Origin: Granulicella sp.
GTDB lineage: Bacteria > Acidobacteriota > Terriglobia > Terriglobales > Acidobacteriaceae
Reading direction: 5' to 3'
Assembly (NCBI GenBank): GCA_027339965.1
Contig: DAHWNL010000078.1
Coordinates: forward strand, 64,001-128,000
DNA: 64,000 nucleotides
Position numbers and translations under genes: made by a program. This document shows, one piece after another, positions 59,303 to 64,000 of the stretch (position 1 is its first letter; every line of letters starts with the position of its first letter). Under the pieces are notes generated by a model. The model worked only from the letters and a program-made list of their open reading frames with translations, did no database searches and had not been told where the DNA came from.

Positions 59303-60094
59303 ATGCCGGGCACCATCGAAACCTACTTCGACAAACTCGAACGCACGCGGGTGTGGCGGTCGATCTTCCGCAGCGGCAAGGGCACAAGTACGCTTCACAA
59401 TGCGTTGGCCATTCAGCAAAACGTATTTCTGCACCTGTTCCCCACCAAAGTTCGTAAACGAATGCTCGGGCTGGGCGCTACCTGGTACCTCGGAACACTT
59501 ACGTTGGGCACATTCATCGTTCTAGTCGTCACCGGCATTCTCTTGATGCTCTACTACCATCCATCCGTGCCACGTGCATATTCCGATGTAAAAGATCTCC
59601 AATTTGTCGTTTCTTCAGGTCTTTTCCTGCGCAATCTGCATCGCTGGTCGGCCCATGCGATGGTTTTTCTTGCCTTTGCACACATGTTTCGCGTCTTTTA
59701 CCGCGGAGCATACCGTACCCCGAGAGAATTCAACTGGGTGATCGGGGTCGTTCTTCTTCTGGTAACTCTTCTGCTCAGCTACACCGGCTATCTGTTGCCC
59801 TGGGATCAACTCGCCTTCTGGGCAATCACTGTCGGGACGAACATCTCTTCGGCAGTGCCACTTATCGGCGACAAAATACGCTTTATGCTGCTGGGCGGAC
59901 ATCTTGTGAATGCCAATGCCTTGCTTCGCTTTTACGTTCTGCACTGCGTGATTCTACCGCTCACCGCAGTTCTCTTTTTAGCCGTTCATTTCTGGCGAAT
60001 CCGTAAGGACGGTGGTCTATACGTGCGGGAGACCGAGCCCGGAGTCGCAAATTCGGACCAGGACCTTTCAAATCAGGAGCAGGAATCGCGATGA
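59303..60094 (+). CDS. cytochrome b6-like subunit (N-terminal half)
   Basis: [28 protein letters not shown]-x14-H. Confidence 0.93.
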   Translation: MPGTIETYFDKLERTRVWRSIFRSGKGTSTLHNALAIQQNVFLHLFPTKVRKRMLGLGATWYLGTLTLGTFIVLVVTGILLMLYYHPSVPRAYSDVKDLQFVVSSGLFLRNLHRWSAHAMVFLAFAHMFRVFYRGAYRTPREFNWVIGVVLLLVTLLLSYTGYLLPWDQLAFWAITVGTNISSAVPLIGDKIRFMLLGGHLVNANALLRFYVLHCVILPLTAVLFLAVHFWRIRKDGGLYVRETEPGVANSDQDLSNQEQESR

Positions 60095-60795
60095 CGCCTC
60101 CAAAAGACTACTCGGCCGAAGTCAGCTCGAACATGCAGGTTTCCCAACGGCGCGTTCTTTTCGTAACGCGGCGCACCTCTCCTCAGGTTAAAGCGTACGA
60201 CGAGGAGCGAGTGCAGACCTCTCCCGAGGTTCTGATTCGAGCTCTGCTCGCAGTCGAGTGCCTCCTGATTGCCCTGGTACTGATGTCATTGTTCTTCAAC
60301 GCACCGTTGGAAGGAGTTGCCAATCCGACCAACACGCCTAACCCAGCCAAAGCTCCGTGGTACTTTCTTGGGCTGCAGGAGATTTTGCACTACTTCCCAC
60401 CTGTTGTTGCCGGGGTTCTCATTCCTGGATTGCTCGTTACCGCACTCATCATTATTCCCTATTTTGACATCAACATCGAGGCAGATGGCCTCTTTCTCAA
60501 GAATCGCGAGCGGCGTCTGATGCTCTCGATGGCCGTTGCGGGTGCGCTGTCCGTCTTCTTCCTGTTTTTCAAGGTATATGTGGCGCTGGCGCCAACGTTG
60601 CTCGTGACCGCATTCGTGTTGCTTGCGGCGTTCAGCCCTCCAGAGTCGTCAGGACGCTTTCGACGGTATCTCGCACGAAGACCCGTCTTCTGGTGGATTA
60701 TGACCTGGTTTCTATGTGAACTCATCGTTCTCACGGCAGTAGGCACCTTCTTCCGCGGCCCCGGTTGGTCGTGGGTCTGGCCATGGAGGAGTTAG
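60091..60795 (+). CDS. cytochrome b subunit IV-like protein (C-terminal half, extended)
   Basis: [21 protein letters not shown] (PEWY equivalent), [17 protein letters not shown]. Confidence 0.88.
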   Translation: MTPPKDYSAEVSSNMQVSQRRVLFVTRRTSPQVKAYDEERVQTSPEVLIRALLAVECLLIALVLMSLFFNAPLEGVANPTNTPNPAKAPWYFLGLQEILHYFPPVVAGVLIPGLLVTALIIIPYFDINIEADGLFLKNRERRLMLSMAVAGALSVFFLFFKVYVALAPTLLVTAFVLLAAFSPPESSGRFRRYLARRPVFWWIMTWFLCELIVLTAVGTFFRGPGWSWVWPWRS

Positions 60796-62853
60796 ATGCA
60801 AACGACAAATAAGGGCTCATTCTCCTCGATCAGGGCATTCTTGTGCGACCCTTTCCTCATGTTTGGCGTCGTCAGCGTGTTCTTGCTCTTGCTGTTGATG
60901 GTGGCCCCGGCAAAGGATTACTTCAGCCAGTGGCGTAGCTATCAAAGGCAATACCTTAACCTCATCCGCAATCGCGGCGATGCGGTAACGTTGCTTCGGC
61001 ATTTTCAAGGCGGAATCCAGCAGATTTGGATTCCTCAGTTGGGCGTGATCGATCGTTGCCAGACCTGTCACGTTGGCGTGGCGGAGGCAAGCCTCTCCGA
61101 TGTGAAAGAGCAGCCGTTCCGGGCACATCCACCGATTCCGCACAAGCTGACCGAGTTCGGGTGTGTGATATGTCATCGTGGACAGGGTGCGGCGACGACC
61201 CTATCGGAGGCGCACCACAGCAAAATGGCCGGCGAAGAGCCCATCCTTCCCATGCGCTACATTGAGGCATCCTGCGGCCAGTGTCACCACGAACCCCTCG
61301 AGGGCACGCCCAAACTCAACCAAGGCCGTCTGCTGCTGGCTCGCTATGGATGCGTCAACTGCCACGCCATCAATCTTCCCGATGGCAGCACCATACAAGC
61401 CACGGACAATGCTCCGCCGTTGACTCACATCGCCGACAAAACCACCCGGGAGTGGATTTACGCCTGGCTCAAAGATCCAACGAGTTATTCCGCGTCATCC
61501 ACCATGCCCAACTTTCTGTTTAGCGACGCCGACGCGAGTGACATCTCCGCATTTTTGATTGCAAACAGTACACCACAATCGGGCGATTCGATGGCGTATG
61601 CAGCAACTTCGAGTGGATCTGGTTCCGATTCATCTGCGGGCGCCGTCCTCTATGGCGAGTCGTTCTGCGCATCCTGCCACGCGACCCAGAATGAGGCCGG
61701 CAATCTGGTCGGTGGAGATCTTGGACCTGAACTGACCAACGTCGGAACGAAAGTCAAGCCAGGTTGGCTCATGGCATGGCTGAAGGATCCACACACGTAC
61801 GACCCGAAGACCAAGATGCCGCAGTATCGCTGGACCGACCAACAACTCCAAACCCTGACTGCGTACGTTGCCAGCAAGACAGATCCGGATTTTGTCGCCA
61901 ATGTTCATCTGCAACCTGCGACCCAGGAGCAGATTGCACATGGTAAAAAGCTGGTCATCGAGTATGGCTGCGCTTCATGCCATGAGATTAGAGGGATACC
62001 GAAGCCAGACAACTTCGCGCCCGATCTCAGCCGAGTCGGGAGTAAGCCTCTGGTTCAGCTCATCTTTTTACCGGGGATGGAGCAGAGCCTGCCGGCCTAC
62101 CTCGCAGAGAAAATCCGACAGCCCCGAGCCTTTGGGCCTTCGCTTCATATGCCGAAGTACAGCTTTAGCAGCAGTCAGATCGACGACTTGACCACTGCGC
62201 TGCTCTCCTTCACGAACCGCAGCTTCACACTCCCTCCAAACTTGCAGATCCCTGCCGTCCGGGACACAAACTATCAGCCGGCAGGCCATGCGGGTCAGTT
62301 AATGGCGAACATCAACTGCCTGAGCTGCCATCGCATTAACGGCAACGGAGGCACAATGGCCCCCAACCTTAGCTGGGAGGGCTCATCCGTTCAACAACCG
62401 TGGCTTGACGCCTTCCTCAAGAACCCCAACACTTTACGCCCGACCCTTATTCGGCGCATGCCCAAATTCAACCTCACGGATTCGGAGCGTACTGTGCTGA
62501 CCAACTACATCCTAGCCGTCTACCAGACACCTGCATTCGAACGTGACGAGATGCCACTGACTGGGTACTCGCCGGATCTCGTCGAGAAGGGCCGACAACT
62601 GTTTTATTCCAAGTACGCCTGTCAGTCCTGCCACATCGTAAATCCCAACCAGGACAAAGGCTACATCGGCCCCACACTGACAACCGTTGGCGCTCGTCTC
62701 AACGCCGCTTGGATCTACCACTATCTGAAAGATCCTCAGGCGATACGGCCTGACACCATTGAGCCCAATCAACACATGAGTGACGACGATGCTCGTGCAT
62801 TAACCGCATTCCTGATGGCGCAGAAGACGATCGCAGGGCAGGGGGCAAAGTGA
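60796..62853 (+). CDS. membrane-anchored octaheme cytochrome c
   Basis: N-terminal TM helix; eight CxxCH motifs (CQTCH, CVICH, CGQCH, CVNCH, CASCH, CASCH, CLSCH, CQSCH). Confidence 0.92.
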   Translation: MQTTNKGSFSSIRAFLCDPFLMFGVVSVFLLLLLMVAPAKDYFSQWRSYQRQYLNLIRNRGDAVTLLRHFQGGIQQIWIPQLGVIDRCQTCHVGVAEASLSDVKEQPFRAHPPIPHKLTEFGCVICHRGQGAATTLSEAHHSKMAGEEPILPMRYIEASCGQCHHEPLEGTPKLNQGRLLLARYGCVNCHAINLPDGSTIQATDNAPPLTHIADKTTREWIYAWLKDPTSYSASSTMPNFLFSDADASDISAFLIANSTPQSGDSMAYAATSSGSGSDSSAGAVLYGESFCASCHATQNEAGNLVGGDLGPELTNVGTKVKPGWLMAWLKDPHTYDPKTKMPQYRWTDQQLQTLTAYVASKTDPDFVANVHLQPATQEQIAHGKKLVIEYGCASCHEIRGIPKPDNFAPDLSRVGSKPLVQLIFLPGMEQSLPAYLAEKIRQPRAFGPSLHMPKYSFSSSQIDDLTTALLSFTNRSFTLPPNLQIPAVRDTNYQPAGHAGQLMANINCLSCHRINGNGGTMAPNLSWEGSSVQQPWLDAFLKNPNTLRPTLIRRMPKFNLTDSERTVLTNYILAVYQTPAFERDEMPLTGYSPDLVEKGRQLFYSKYACQSCHIVNPNQDKGYIGPTLTTVGARLNAAWIYHYLKDPQAIRPDTIEPNQHMSDDDARALTAFLMAQKTIAGQGAK

Positions 62854-63584
62854 TGAAAAGGACTCTATTGGCCGTTGTAGTGCTTCTGTCCACTATGGTC
62901 TCAGGTTGTAATCACAAGAGGGCTTTGCCGCCCGCACTGGCCGCCAAAGCGAATGGTACCGCCATCGTGGTGGTTAGTGGAGATAAGCAACTCGGGTCAA
63001 TCGGATCCCAGCTTCCCCAACCTCTCATCTTGCAGATCAATGACGACCAGGGAAATGCGGTGACTGGAGCCAACGTGCAACTGTACGGACCTCCCGGCGT
63101 CACCTTTACCCCGCAGCAAATTCTCACTGACGACAATGGGCAAGCGACCTTCAAGGTAACCATGGGTGGAATCAATGGCCGGTACGAACTTACCGCATCT
63201 TCTCAGGATGCGCACGGCAGGACATTCAGTCTCACGATTCCAGAGTTTGCGGCAGGTTACCAACAGGAGGTAGGTTACGAAGTCAATCAACAATACTGTT
63301 CGCGGTGCCACAACCCCGACTCAACTTCGGAGCAGGTTTCTAACTATGACAATCTCGCTGTCAAGCCGCACCGCTTTTCCGACGGATTGATCTACAACAA
63401 CATTTCAGAGACTGATTTGACGACCATCATCTCGCACGGAGGCGCTGCAATGAATCGTTCAGCACTGATGCCGCCCTACGGGTGGACGCTCAACAAGGCG
63501 GAGGTTCAGGGAGTGATTGCTTACATTCGGCTGGTTTCTGATCCGCCCTATGTTGCTCCAGGTGTCGTGTATCAGAAGCATTGA
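62850..63584 (+). CDS. lipoprotein with Ig-like (Big_1) domain and monoheme cytochrome c
   Basis: Lipobox VSGC; VSGDKQ…TDDNGQA Ig-like segment; CSRCH plus distal MPPYG. Confidence 0.82.
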   Translation: MMKRTLLAVVVLLSTMVSGCNHKRALPPALAAKANGTAIVVVSGDKQLGSIGSQLPQPLILQINDDQGNAVTGANVQLYGPPGVTFTPQQILTDDNGQATFKVTMGGINGRYELTASSQDAHGRTFSLTIPEFAAGYQQEVGYEVNQQYCSRCHNPDSTSEQVSNYDNLAVKPHRFSDGLIYNNISETDLTTIISHGGAAMNRSALMPPYGWTLNKAEVQGVIAYIRLVSDPPYVAPGVVYQKH

Positions 63585-63763
63585 AATCACGCAAATGGTG
63601 GATTCGTAACGCAGGCAGAAGTGCCGACAATCTCTTTCCTCAGTACCAGGTTGAATCCCTGCCGGCACTCCGTGCACCTTGAGACGCTTCATCCCACCAA
63701 ATGGTGGAACCGGGAATATTGGCACGATCGTGCGCAATTGATTGATTCAAACTAGGAGGATAT

Positions 63764-64000
63764 ATGAACATCTCACCTTCGGGGACCAGGACTCTGCTAT
63801 CAGTGGCAGCACTTTCAGTCCTGATCTCCGCATTTCCCAGGGATGCAATGGCCGTTCCCAGTTATGCGCGCCAAACTGGTCTTCCCTGCAACGGCTGCCA
63901 CTATGATCCGCCGGAACTGAACCCCGCTGGACGGCTTTTCAAGCTACTGGCCTACGTGCAGCGATCGAGCCTTCTCGGCAGCATAACGGCAAACAGCGGC
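63764..64000 (+). CDS. Cyc2-like cytochrome-porin N-terminus (truncated by the window end)
   Basis: AGGAGG RBS; manual translation MNISPSGTRTLLSVAALSVLISAFPRDAMAVPSYARQTGLPCNGCHYDPPELNPAGRLFKLLAY. Confidence 0.72.
   Translation, partial: MNISPSGTRTLLSVAALSVLISAFPRDAMAVPSYARQTGLPCNGCHYDPPELNPAGRLFKLLAYVQRSSLLGSITANSG

Noticed and set aside
63719..63735. sigma54 promoter TTGGCACGATCGTGCG upstream of the Cyc2-like gene
   Set aside because: The GG-to-GC spacing is one base short of the strict -24/-12 requirement.

Overview
GC-rich bacterial DNA; the gene content (Oar-like TonB receptor, PEP-CTERM-type protein, ccm/ybaK arrangement) suggests Acidobacteriota, which is an inference. From left to right: a cytochrome c maturation operon (ccmA-ybaK-ccmB-ccmC-ccmD-YVTN lipoprotein); two inverted ~117-bp MITE-like repeats flanking TPR/thioesterase/mrp; hrcA-grpE-dnaJ; a dioxygenase, a beta-barrel OMP and an arylsulfotransferase; tRNA-Leu(CAA) and IS remnants; two carbohydrate loci; a PEP-CTERM gene with a sigma54 promoter; miaB; leucine catabolism genes; uxaC; an ECF sigma/anti-sigma fusion; and a respiratory cluster. 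Two systems stand out. (1) 16.6-30.6 kb looks like a self-contained pathway for complete sulfoquinovose breakdown: fucose-isomerase-like isomerase, PfkA-type kinase, LacD-type aldolase and aldehyde dehydrogenase, joined to SlcC/ComC-like dehydrogenases and a clear SuyAB sulfolactate sulfo-lyase. It also has an MFS transporter, a Tat-exported non-canonical glycosidase and a shared CAATCGAT operator-like motif. (2) 56.2-64 kb encodes a cupredoxin, a DsrL/NfnB-like flavo-Fe-S oxidoreductase, a Rieske protein, a split cytochrome b, an octaheme cytochrome c, a cytochrome c lipoprotein and the N-terminus of a Cyc2-like cytochrome-porin, a candidate outer-membrane-to-NAD(H) electron conduit. All functional calls come from motif recognition by eye; no searches were run.
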